DNA from: Tubiluchus corallicola
Lineage: Eukaryota; Animalia; Priapulida
NCBI GenBank assembly: GCA_030141605.1
Contig: JAQGDQ010000440.1
Coordinates: 1-64,000 of the forward strand
Length of the DNA: 64,000 bases
Direction: 5' to 3'
The notes beneath the pieces were generated by a model. The model was not told the origin of the DNA. It saw nothing but the letters and a program-made list of their open reading frames with translations, and searched no databases. This document shows, in pieces, positions 52,048 through 63,000 of this stretch; the first letter of the stretch is position 1; each line of letters opens with the position of its first letter. The translations under genes were made by a program, and so were the position numbers.

Positions 52048-52453
52048 AAGCAGCAAAACTCCCATCTCACTTACCAACACGCACCTCTGTAAAGCGAAAA
52101 ACCCTGTGAGCTACAACACAACCCACCACTAAAAGCTCTTAACAGAAAAACAATGAAAAACCTTCTCTCTCTCCCTAAGCCTTTTATCAAAAGGTGAGTG
52201 TTGAGAAAATAGCGAAACCAACAGCGTAGACCTTTATCAAAAGCACTTACACACTTGGCCCTTTGCCTCATTTGTATCAAGACAAAAGAACTAAAAAAAC
52301 AGTACACTTTTTTAAGCCTACAGAGGGTTTTATCGTATCCCAGATCAAAATATACAAATAGTAAATTTTGACCTCAACAAAAATCAATTCTTAAGGGGCA
52401 ACTAAATAAACACTTTGACAAAAACATCAATAAAAAGACGAACCTTGCAAAGC

Positions 52454-53539
52454 CTACTTATCATACTCCTTAGCTTCTACCTCACCTTTAGCAACCATTA
52501 GAGCATTCACAGCCAGTGCTTTCATCTCATCCTGGCCGGGATAAACAAACACATCAGCAATAAACGCTACCCTCTCACGTATCAAAGACATCATAAGACG
52601 ATCATAAGCAATACCCCCGGTAAGTAAAATGCCGTCAATATCTCCCTTTAACACCGTGGACATCTCCCCTATTGCTTTTGATATCTGGTACGCCATAGCC
52701 TTATGGTAAAACACAGTGCGCTCATCACCGGACATTACTAAATTCTCTATCTCTATAGCATCATTTGTGCCGAGATATGACACAAAGCCACCACAGCTTA
52801 CTACCATATTACGCATATCTTCAAGACTATACTCCCCGCTAAAACACGCATCTATAACCGCACCCACAGGAAGTGTACCACTACGTTCTGGAGAAAACGG
52901 ACCATCTCCGTCAAGAGCATTATTAACATCTACCACCCTCCCCTTTCTATGGGCCCCAACAGAAACACCCCCTCCTATATGAGCTACAACAAGGTTCATA
53001 TCTCCATACTCCTTCCCCAGCTTTTCAGCATGCTGGCGGGCTACCGCCTTCTGGTTTAATGCATGAAAAATAGAGCGTCGCTCAAAATTGGGATGACCTG
53101 TAACCCTCGCAATATCCTCCATCTCATCTGTTACCACAGGATCAGCAATAAAAGCCTCCACACCTTTAACCCTCGATGCAATATCAAAAGCAATTATCGC
53201 CCCAAGATTTGATGCATGCTCTCCGCTCACTCCTCTTTTGCAGTGAGCAACCATCTGCTCGTTTATCCTGTAAATGCCCGACTCCAAAGGATATGTCAGA
53301 CCGCCACGCCCAACAATTATATCAATCGTTTCAAGGCTGATACAATCCCTTTCCAACTCATCCAATACCGCATTAAGCCTAAAATCAAACTGAGCAGACA
53401 CATTCGAATAGGCCGACAACTCTTCAACAGTATACCTCATGGTTTTTAGAAGAACACACTTCATACCATCATAAACAGCCACTTTTGTAGACGTAGAACC
53501 AGGATTTATCACCAATATCCTTACAATATTGCTATCCAT
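52454..53539 (-). CDS. buk: Butyrate kinase
   Basis: INPGSTSTK, HASNLG, FHALNQKA, GPFSPERSG. Confidence 0.95.
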   Translation of the reverse strand: MDSNIVRILVINPGSTSTKVAVYDGMKCVLLKTMRYTVEELSAYSNVSAQFDFRLNAVLDELERDCISLETIDIIVGRGGLTYPLESGIYRINEQMVAHCKRGVSGEHASNLGAIIAFDIASRVKGVEAFIADPVVTDEMEDIARVTGHPNFERRSIFHALNQKAVARQHAEKLGKEYGDMNLVVAHIGGGVSVGAHRKGRVVDVNNALDGDGPFSPERSGTLPVGAVIDACFSGEYSLEDMRNMVVSCGGFVSYLGTNDAIEIENLVMSGDERTVFYHKAMAYQISKAIGEMSTVLKGDIDGILLTGGIAYDRLMMSLIRERVAFIADVFVYPGQDEMKALAVNALMVAKGEVEAKEYDK

Positions 53540-53815
53540 AACTTTAACCTGTTAAAAAAGAATTTAAAATAACGCACGGAGAAAATATAAACATAACACC
53601 GCACCGGATAATTACGGGAAAAGATAAATAAAAACATTGAGACATTTGCAAAGTAAAAGAATTTAGTGCAGACCGAAAAATAGCCTGGTGGAAGGTTGCA
53701 GCTTACTGACGCAATAAGGGTTTCGACAAAAATCTTAATGAAAAAGAGAACTTCGCAAAAGCCTCGCACTGTAACATGACACATATACGAAGCCGGAATA
53801 AATAGGTGCAACTAA

Positions 53816-54742
53816 CTACGATCCGCACCCCTGCCTCTCTCCTGCTCTCAACACTGCAAGGGCAATAGAGTATAACTTACTCTGAATAGAATCACCCCTT
53901 GAGGTAAGCACCGCCGGCGCTTTTGCTCCAACAAGTACCGCTGCCGACTTGGCCCCCGCCAACTTTGTATTGGTTTTATAAAACACATTTCCTGCCTCAA
54001 TATTGGGAAACAGCAGACAGTCGGCATCGCCAACAACACTACCCCCCAGCCCTTTTATCCTAGCAGCCTCCACATCTATTGCAACATCTATAGCCAATGG
54101 TCCGTCCAGCACACAGCCCTTAATCTGTCTCCTGTCGTTCATCCTCGACAACACAGCAGCTTCAACACACGAATTGATAGCAGGCAGAACACGCTCTGTA
54201 GGTGCAATAGCTGCAACTTTGGGCTCAGATATACCAAGTGACCTAGCCACAGATACAATATAATCAATAAGTATAATCTTCTGCTTCAGGCTTGGATGGG
54301 GAATAACAGCCACATCGCTTGCAACAATCAGCTTATGATAGTGGGGGCTCTCCATCACCACCACATGGCTCAGTATAGCACCAGGTGAAAGCAACCCTTT
54401 TTCCTTATCTAGTATAGCGCGCATAAACTTGTCTGTACTAACCAGACCCTTCATTATAACATCACCCTCCCCCTTATTAATAAGATCTACCGAATAAGCG
54501 GCAGCAACATGATCAATAGGCTGATGGACAATACTAAACTTCTTATAATCAATCTGTATCTGCCCACAAATCCCTTTTATTGCATCACGGTCTCCTACTA
54601 GAACTCCATTGATAAACCCCGCATCTATCGCTTCACTCACTGCCGAGATAGTGTGCTCGTCATTAGAATATGCAGCAACAAGTGTTTGCTTGGGACGACC
54701 CTTTATAATCTCAAATATTTCATCTAGCTTCTGTACCGCCAT
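53816..54742 (-). CDS. ptb: Phosphate butyryltransferase
   Basis: MKGLVST, DGPLAIDVA, PNIEAGN, VLTSR; adjacent to buk. Confidence 0.88.
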   Translation of the reverse strand: MAVQKLDEIFEIIKGRPKQTLVAAYSNDEHTISAVSEAIDAGFINGVLVGDRDAIKGICGQIQIDYKKFSIVHQPIDHVAAAYSVDLINKGEGDVIMKGLVSTDKFMRAILDKEKGLLSPGAILSHVVVMESPHYHKLIVASDVAVIPHPSLKQKIILIDYIVSVARSLGISEPKVAAIAPTERVLPAINSCVEAAVLSRMNDRRQIKGCVLDGPLAIDVAIDVEAARIKGLGGSVVGDADCLLFPNIEAGNVFYKTNTKLAGAKSAAVLVGAKAPAVLTSRGDSIQSKLYSIALAVLRAGERQGCGS

Positions 54743-54792
54743 TCTTCAAATAACTTTTAGATTATCTCTATTCAATATAAAACATCCTCACA

Positions 54793-56004
54793 TTATAAAT
54801 CACTCATAACCAATAGATCAAAGGTCTCCCTTGCAATAACCAGCTCCTCATTTGTAGTTATAACCATCACCTTCACATCTGACCCCTCAACAGATACCAC
54901 CTCATCCTTCCCTCTCAATCCTCTACTCTTCTCCTTATCAAAACTGATTCCCAGATACTCCATATTGGTGCAACACAACTCTCTTACATAGTCATTATTC
55001 TCCCCTATCCCTCCTGTAAGAATCACTATATCAACTCCATTAAGCACAGCCACAAAAGCACCTATATACTTCTTGACCCTGTGTGCATACATCTCCAACG
55101 CTAGCTGCGCCTGCTTATTTCCAGATCGCGCCTCTTCGCTAAGGTCCCGCATATCGGATGAAATGCTGGATATACCCTTCACTCCACTCTCTTTATTGAT
55201 TATATCGTTAAGCTCTGAAGCGCCAATATGCTTCTTTTGCTGTATATAGAGCAGGGCACTAGGATCAATAGAACCGCTTCTGGTTCCCATCATCAAACCG
55301 TCATTGGGAGTGAAGCCCATAGAAGTATCTATAGATTTGCCATTATCAATAGCCGCTATCGAGGCGCCATTACCCAAATGGCAGGTCACAATCTTCTGGC
55401 TCTCAAAGTTGCAACCAAGTATCCCACACGCCTTCTCCGCAACATACTTATGACTCGTGCCATGAAAACCGTACCTGCGAATACCCAGCTGCTCATAATA
55501 CTCATATGGCAGGGGGTACAAAAAAGAGTAGCTGGGCATGGTCTGGTGAAATGCAGTATCAAAAACTGCAACTTGTGGTACACCCTCCAGAAGATCTTCC
55601 ATAGCCTCTATTCCACAATAATTAGCGGGATTGTGAAGAGGAGCTAACTCAAAACAATCACATATACCGCGCTTAACCTCATCATCAATAATGCGGCTGC
55701 CCATAAAAGTCTCTCCCCCATGAACAACCCTGTGTCCAACAGCATCTATGTCGGAAAGAGTACGCAAAACACCAAAATCATCACTTACAAGCACCTCAAG
55801 AGCAAGGGCAATACCATCCTTATGGCTTTTAATCTCCGTGTTAACAACATGCTCCGCACGCCCCGGAACATTATGCTCAAGACAGCTCCCCTCAATAGCA
55901 ATCCTATCCACAAGCCCTTTAGCAAGCAAACTCGTATCCTCACCAATGGCAAGCAACTGATACTTAATAGATGAACTACCACAATTTAACACCAGTATAT
56001 TCAT
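54793..56004 (-). CDS. ackA: Acetate kinase (copy 1)
   Basis: LNCGSSSIKY, GHRVVHGG, APLHNP, FDTAFH, GFHGTSH, TNEE. Confidence 0.95.
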   Translation of the reverse strand: MNILVLNCGSSSIKYQLLAIGEDTSLLAKGLVDRIAIEGSCLEHNVPGRAEHVVNTEIKSHKDGIALALEVLVSDDFGVLRTLSDIDAVGHRVVHGGETFMGSRIIDDEVKRGICDCFELAPLHNPANYCGIEAMEDLLEGVPQVAVFDTAFHQTMPSYSFLYPLPYEYYEQLGIRRYGFHGTSHKYVAEKACGILGCNFESQKIVTCHLGNGASIAAIDNGKSIDTSMGFTPNDGLMMGTRSGSIDPSALLYIQQKKHIGASELNDIINKESGVKGISSISSDMRDLSEEARSGNKQAQLALEMYAHRVKKYIGAFVAVLNGVDIVILTGGIGENNDYVRELCCTNMEYLGISFDKEKSRGLRGKDEVVSVEGSDVKVMVITTNEELVIARETFDLLVMSDL

Positions 56005-56051
56005 AATACGCTCTGAAAATTTAACAATTAAAAAAAACCTGAACCACTCCG

Positions 56052-57260
56052 CTACCCAGCCCCCGACAATATCTGCCGAGCCTCCTGAGCAATCACCAGC
56101 TCTTCACTGGTCGGTATTACCACCACCTTAACCCTGCTGCCACTCTTACTAATAACCATCTCCTTACCACGCAACCCCTTGTTTATATCACCATCTATCT
56201 CTATACCAAAAAACTCCAAACCCCTACATATACCAGCTCTGGTCATATCTGCATTCTCCCCTATGCCTCCTGTAAACACCAGCGCATCAATACCCCCCAT
56301 AGCAGCAGATAAGGCCCCAATATACTTCTTAACCCTGTAATCAAACATTCGCATAGCCAGAATAGCCCTCTCGTTATTCTGCTCAAGAGCTGCACTCTCT
56401 ATATCCCGAGCATCTGACGATATGCCCGAAATACCCAGCAATCCCGAATGCTTGTTAAAAAGATCAGTAGCCGACTTTGTGCCTATTCCCTCCTTATCCA
56501 TTATAAAACTCACCGCACCCATATCAATATCCCCGCTTCGCGTTCCCATAATAAGACCCTCTACAGGAGTAAACCCCATAGAGGTATCCACCGACTTCCC
56601 GTCCTTAATAGCACACACCGATGCACCGCCACCCAAATGGCAACTAACAATCTTGGAACTATCCGAAGAAAGACCCAACAACTCATAGCACCTCTGCGCC
56701 ACATAACTGTGGCTCGTCCCATGAAAACCATACCTGCGAACCCCATACTTCTTATACAAAGCATATGGAATAGCATACATAAACGCATGCTGAGGCATGC
56801 TTTGGTGAAAAGCCGTATCAAACACGCCAACCTGAGGAACATCGGGTATAAGATGCTTTATTGCATAAATACCCTTCAGGTTGGGGGGATTATGAAGAGG
56901 GGCAAGCTCCACACACTTCTCCATCTCAAGTATAACATCATCCGTGATCAAAACACTACCCTTAAACCGCTCACCACCATGAACCACACGGTGCCCAACA
57001 GCATCAATAACCTCTAGACTGCGTATGCACCCATGCTTACTGCTCAACAAAACGCCCAGAATATAATCAACACCGCTCTTATGATCCAGTACCTCACCCT
57101 CAAACCTAACCTCTGCTGCCCCATCCCTGAAATACCTCATAAAAGAGCCCTTCATCCCTATCTTCTCTACAATACCCCTGGCAGGAACACACTGCTTATC
57201 CAAATCAAAAAATTGAAACCTGATTGACGAACTACCACAATTAAGTACCAGAATTTTCAT
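56052..57260 (-). CDS. ackA: Acetate kinase (copy 2)
   Basis: Same acetokinase motifs in a diverged paralogue. Confidence 0.94.
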   Translation of the reverse strand: MKILVLNCGSSSIRFQFFDLDKQCVPARGIVEKIGMKGSFMRYFRDGAAEVRFEGEVLDHKSGVDYILGVLLSSKHGCIRSLEVIDAVGHRVVHGGERFKGSVLITDDVILEMEKCVELAPLHNPPNLKGIYAIKHLIPDVPQVGVFDTAFHQSMPQHAFMYAIPYALYKKYGVRRYGFHGTSHSYVAQRCYELLGLSSDSSKIVSCHLGGGASVCAIKDGKSVDTSMGFTPVEGLIMGTRSGDIDMGAVSFIMDKEGIGTKSATDLFNKHSGLLGISGISSDARDIESAALEQNNERAILAMRMFDYRVKKYIGALSAAMGGIDALVFTGGIGENADMTRAGICRGLEFFGIEIDGDINKGLRGKEMVISKSGSRVKVVVIPTSEELVIAQEARQILSGAG

Positions 57261-57282
57261 CTATTCAAATATAATGAAGAAG

Positions 57283-58260
57283 TCAAAGACTAAGAGTCTT
57301 AAAATAAGCACCATCAACTATCTTACCACTCTCATCATAACTATAAAAACCACTTCCGGAATGCCTGCCAAGCCGCTTGGCTCTTACCAACCTCTTTATA
57401 ATGGGAGAAGCCTTATACTTCGACTTGCCAAACTCCTGGTACAAATTGTCCATCCACCGCAAAACCTTATCCAAACCCATAATATCCGCCAACTCAAAAG
57501 GACCAAAGCGCATCCCAAAACCTACACGCATAACCTTATCAATATCAGAAAGTGAGCTAACCCCCTCCTGAAGAGCCTCACACGCTTCATTAAGAAGCGC
57601 GGAAAATAACCTCACCGAAATAAGACCGGCAGACTCCTCCACAAAAACAATATGCCGGTTTACCAAAGTAATAAACTTCAAAACCCGCTCATAAACATCA
57701 TCCGAAGTGTAGAGGCCTCTCACCACCTCACAAATCTTGGCCTCAGGGGACTGAACAAAAAAATGCAGGCTGACACAGCGATCCTTATACGTAAGCTCGG
57801 AAGACAGCTCAGTTATCACAATAGTTGTAGAACTGGTGGCAATAATACAGTCACTGCTTACCACACCCTCAATCTTGCGGAAAATATCCTTTCGCACATC
57901 GATATTTCGCCTGCCGGACTCCCCCCTGATAGCCTCAATAACAAAATCACACCCCTTTAAAGCATCAAAATCAGTACTGCCCTCAATACGGGAAAGAATA
58001 ATCCTCTTCTCTACGGGGGTCATACCCCAATTCTCAACACGCCTATCAAGAACCATACCCAGTTGAGAATACGCTTCATCTATCCTCTCCCGGGACAACT
58101 CAATAAAAACAACCTCGATACCGTGAGAACTGACAATGCGTACAATGTTCTGCCCAATCCTTCCACACCCCACAACCCCAATCTTTGAAAAAAGCGTTCT
58201 CCCCTGATGCTTTCTGCTTAACCCAAAACTCTCAATTGCTTCAACAAGAACCTCTGCCAT
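57283..58260 (-). CDS. 3-hydroxyacyl-CoA (3-hydroxybutyryl-CoA) dehydrogenase family protein
   Basis: GVVGCGRIG, VIEAI, SLHFF, GPFELADIMGLD, G.GFY.Y. Confidence 0.9.
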   Translation of the reverse strand: MAEVLVEAIESFGLSRKHQGRTLFSKIGVVGCGRIGQNIVRIVSSHGIEVVFIELSRERIDEAYSQLGMVLDRRVENWGMTPVEKRIILSRIEGSTDFDALKGCDFVIEAIRGESGRRNIDVRKDIFRKIEGVVSSDCIIATSSTTIVITELSSELTYKDRCVSLHFFVQSPEAKICEVVRGLYTSDDVYERVLKFITLVNRHIVFVEESAGLISVRLFSALLNEACEALQEGVSSLSDIDKVMRVGFGMRFGPFELADIMGLDKVLRWMDNLYQEFGKSKYKASPIIKRLVRAKRLGRHSGSGFYSYDESGKIVDGAYFKTLSL

Positions 58261-58359
58261 CTTTTTTTTATACTTATAATCACAAATATAAATATTTCAC
58301 CGGATCGGGAAGATGCCAAACAGCCAGCAAGGCAGAAAACCTGCCCGCTAATAATGCAC

Positions 58360-59364
58360 CTACCCGGATCTCTTCCCGGCCTGATTAACCGTAATAGCAA
58401 CCAGGTTTACAATATCGTTAACTGAACATCCGCGTGACAAATCATTGATAGGCGCCGCCATGCCCTGAAGCACCGGACCTACAGCCTCAGCCCCAGCCAA
58501 CCGCTGCACCAGCTTGTAACCTATATTGCCGGCACCAAGATTGGGGAAAACAAGAACATTGGCCCTACCGGCCACATCACTATCCGGAGCTTTCAGCGCA
58601 CCCACCTCAGGAACCAGAGCAGCATCAACCTGCATCTCCCCATCAATCAAAAGCGCAGGAGCCATACCCTTGGCTATACGAGTAGCCTCCTTGACCTTGT
58701 CAATAAGCTCGTGGCTGGCACTGTCCCTCGTCGAAAAAGATAACATCGCAACACGAGGCTCAAGACCCACAATAGACCGAGCTGTATTTGCAGTAGTAAC
58801 AGCAATCTCCGCAAGCTGATTAACATCGGGAATAGGAACAGCTGCACAATCGGCAAAAACAACTATACCGTTATGCCCAAAACTCTTGTCCTTCAAAATC
58901 ATAATATACGCCCCAGACACCAGACTGACCCCAGGTGATGTCCTCACAAACTGAAACGCAGGACGCAAAACATTACCCGTAGAGTTAACAGCCCCAGCAA
59001 CCTCGCCGTCAGCATCACCGCTCTTAACCATCATGGGACCATAATATAGAGGATCATCAAGCAGATTTAACGCATCATCACGACTAAGACCCTTACCCTT
59101 GCGAATATCAACCATCAGGTCGGCATAACTCTCACGCATACCACAACTCTTGGGATCAACAATATCAACCCCCGTAAGACAAACACCCTCACGCCTAGCA
59201 ATAGCCTCTATCTCCCCCGGAGAACCCAACAAAGTTATACGAGCAATTCCCTCCTTCAATATAACCTCTGTCGCTCTCAAAACCCTGACCTCCTCCCCTT
59301 CGGGAAGAACGATCATCCTGTCAAGACCTCTTGCACTATCCTTTATCTTATCAAGTAGTTCCAT
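58360..59364 (-). CDS. pta: Phosphate acetyltransferase
   Basis: IVLPEG, FADCA, DGEMQVDAA, GNIGYKL, NDLSRGCS. Confidence 0.96.
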   Translation of the reverse strand: MELLDKIKDSARGLDRMIVLPEGEEVRVLRATEVILKEGIARITLLGSPGEIEAIARREGVCLTGVDIVDPKSCGMRESYADLMVDIRKGKGLSRDDALNLLDDPLYYGPMMVKSGDADGEVAGAVNSTGNVLRPAFQFVRTSPGVSLVSGAYIMILKDKSFGHNGIVVFADCAAVPIPDVNQLAEIAVTTANTARSIVGLEPRVAMLSFSTRDSASHELIDKVKEATRIAKGMAPALLIDGEMQVDAALVPEVGALKAPDSDVAGRANVLVFPNLGAGNIGYKLVQRLAGAEAVGPVLQGMAAPINDLSRGCSVNDIVNLVAITVNQAGKRSG

Positions 59365-59698
59365 AACCCTGGTATATCGCAATCATTTTATATTAATACG
59401 ACTTTTCGAATATAATTATCAATTATACCACAAAAATAGCAAAATCGTTCCGTTTTACACATGGGATAAAATCATGTTTATGTAAAATTATTGCAAAAAA
59501 TCGCTCGCTAAATAAAATAAGGCCTTCCAAAGCGAAAAGAGCTGACTCAGACGGAAGAAAAACTCAACGATAAAACCACAACTTAATTGGCGTAAATGGA
59601 AATCTCAGCGAGAGTGTCAAATAATAAAAATGTGCTTAACAAAAACCTCAAGCTGTATAATGTTAAAACATCAAAAGCGTAGCTGGTTGGCAGGTAAG

Positions 59699-59824
59699 CA
59701 AAAAAAACCCTCGCTAATGCGAGGGTACAGGCTATTTTACTAACCTTCGGCATAAAGCCTTATTGTGATAAGAACTCAAATTTAAAAAACTGTTTCTCTC
59801 AAAACCGTTTTTTTCTTAGAAACT
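59699..59824 (-). ncRNA. tracrRNA of the type II-C CRISPR system
   Basis: Minus strand ...TTCTTATCACAATAAGGCTTTATGCCGAAGG... nexus and terminator CCCTCGC-ATTA-GCGAGGG-T7; TATATTTG -7 box at 59830-59837; divergent from cas9. Confidence 0.85.
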
Positions 59825-60006
59825 TACGTCAAATATACTACTTTTTTAAAAAAAAAACACAAAAAATATGTAATTTTACTTTTAATAATCTTTTTTAAAC
59901 TAATTTTTTTTAACTACACCTATATTAACACATTCGCCTGGAAGGGCCACCTTACTACTAACGAACATACATTTACACACATAAGACAACTCAAACTATC
60001 TTCAAT

Positions 60007-63000
60007 ATGGGCACAAAAATTTTAGGACTGGACTTAGGCACAAACAGTATCGGATGGGCTGTTATCGATAAAGAGAATGAAAAGATTTTAGATACAGGGG
60101 TACGAATATTTCCCGAAGGGCTGGAATTGAATAGCATCGGAAAAGGAGACAAAGAGCAGTCCAAGAACAAAACACGAAGGGATAATAGGCAGATGCGAAG
60201 GCAGTTTTACAGAAAGCGGCTACGCAAAATAAAGCTTCTGGAGGCGCTTATAGACCAACAAATGTGCCCTCTTAAACATGACGAACTAAACAGTTGGAAA
60301 AAATGGGACAGGCAGGGCAAAGCTGAAGCCAGAAAATTCCCAAACTCCGAAAAGTTTGCCGAATGGATAAAACTCAACCCATACGACCTGAGGGAAAAAG
60401 CTATCACAGAGCAGGTATCCCATTTTGAACTGGGAAGGATACTGTACCATATGATACAGAGGCGCGGGTTTCTGAGCAACAGAAAAGAAAAAAAGGACCC
60501 GGCATCCATGAAAATATTTACAACAGGAAACTCCGATGAAAACATCCTGCCGATAAGCAAGACCAAAGAAAAAATAGCAAACTCATCATTGGGCAGCTAT
60601 CTGAAGAGTATCACCCCTGTCGACGGAGAACCATTCAGGCAGGTAACCGATGAAAACGGCAGCGACCTAAGGGCAAGGGGGCGATACACCTCCAGGGATA
60701 TGTACATATCCGAATTTGAGAAAATATGGCAAACACAAAAAGCCTTCTCCGATATAGACAGGCGTAGTGTGGAGGCCCGAAAAGTGAGAGAGCTAAAAGG
60801 AGATATAAACGGAAGCAGAAATCGCAAAAAAATAGCACACCTATGGGAAAAATACGGAAACAGCAATGTTACCATTGGCGAAAAAGACTCAAAAGGAGTA
60901 ACAAAAGTAACCACTCTCTCCCGTGTGCCGCTAAAGCAGTTCCTCGCAGGAAACATTAAGGAGGTGGAGAATGAAAACGGAGAAAAAATGCTTCAGTTCA
61001 AAAGCAACGAAAGCGTGCTCTTCTGGCAACGCCCGCTACGATCACAAAAAGAGCTGCTCTCCAACTGCAAATATGAAAACCAGCTGCCGGTTATCAATGC
61101 CGACGGTAAATACCTGAAAAAATCAAATGGGGATATACAGACACGAAGTAAAAAACCGTGTGCCCTGTCACACCCCGAATTTGAACTATTCAGAGCACAC
61201 AAATTCATAAACAACATAAAGTACGGAATAGAAAACAGACCCCTGAACAGGGAGCAGAAAACAGAGGTGCTTGCCCTGATAAACAGCAAAGCAGGAAACT
61301 TTAACTTCTCGGAAATACCAAAAAAACTAAGCCTGACTTACGAAAAATTCAACTACAATGATACGGACAAGGTGCCCGGAAGCACAACCATAAAACAGCT
61401 CAAACCACTCTTTGATACCCAGGTGTGGGAAAACAGCTACAAGGAGATATGGCACTGCTTCTACAACTACGAAGACAGCGATAAGCTGCTGGAAAAACTG
61501 CAAAAAGATTACGGCTTTAAAAAGGGGCTCGATACGGTAGAAAAGATTAACCTCAAGGATGGCTACTGCAACATATCCCTGAAAGCGATACGCAACATGC
61601 ACCCTTTCCTTGAAAAAGGGTATATGGAAGACCGTGCAGCAATACTCGGAGGTGTAAAAAACGCCTTCGGCAAAAAATACCTGGACAAATTTAACAACCA
61701 TGCCGACAGTATAGAGCGTGATATTATCGACATACTAAACGAAAAAAATGAGGATGGCGAAGCAATTGAAAAAATTAGAGCATATCTGTCGTCACCTATA
61801 TACAGCTACGGATTCTCGGAAAACGACCCCCGATTCTCTCACCTCTATCACCACAGCCGGGATATAGAAACAGAAAAAACACTGAGCGAATGGGTGCCTG
61901 AGGTGGAAAACCTGAGAAACCCTGTTGTTCAGCAGGGGATAAATGAGACAAGGAGGCTGGTAAACTCTCTGATGAGAAAGTACCGAAAACAGTTTGGAAA
62001 AGAGTTCCGTTTCGACCTGATTAAAGTCGAAATGGGGAGAGACCTGCGCAACAATAAAAAAGGGAGGCAGGAAATGTATAGAAAAAACAGAGATAACGAA
62101 AAGAAAAACGACGAAGCGCGCGAGTGCCTTCGCAGCCACGGATTACAACCGCTCCGCTCAAACATCCATAAATTCCTGCTGTTTAAAGAGATAGAGGAAA
62201 AATCAGGAAAAGCAGCCTGCCCCTATACAGGGAAAACCATATCCATAGCCCAGCTGCTCGGAGATCACAACCACAACGACAGTATACAGATAGAACACAT
62301 AATACCGCGTAGCGTGTCGCTGGACGACAGCTTTGGCAACAAAACACTCTGCGAAGCCAACTTCAACAGGGAAAAGGGAGAAAAAACACCCTGGCAGTTC
62401 TACTGTGAAAACAGCGACCCCAACCTCTGGAACGCATCATCATGGGAAGAGGTGAAAGAGCGAGCCTTCAGCCTGCTGCCATACCCCAAAGCAAAGCGCT
62501 TTACCTCAAAAAAAGAGCTTGAATCATCATCTTTTATCGAGAGACAGCTAAACGACAGCAGATATATTGCAAGAAAGTCTGTAGAGCTACTCTCCCATAT
62601 ATGCGATGATGTAAGAGTGATGCCAGGACGACTAACAGCCGAGCTGCGACACCTGTGGGGGCTAAACAGTATACTTCAGCCTGTAAAAAACATAGATAAG
62701 CACAGCTTTGACTTTAACAATGACAATGCCATATCATGCTACTCAGTTGTCAACAAGGAGGATGAGGTGCTGTCTGTACACCCCAAAACAAACCCCCGCC
62801 CGGAAACATCCGATAGCGAGATACTCATACCGGGCAGGATATCGAAAAACAGGTTCTCATCAAAACTCTATAAAGTGGAGCTTCAGACACCCGACCTGAA
62901 GGACGGAAACTACTGGGCTAAATTTAAAGTATCGGGCACGGCAGGGCTGGTTCCCATGTTTAATAAAAAACCCCAGATTGATGAAAAGAGCATTGTCCTC

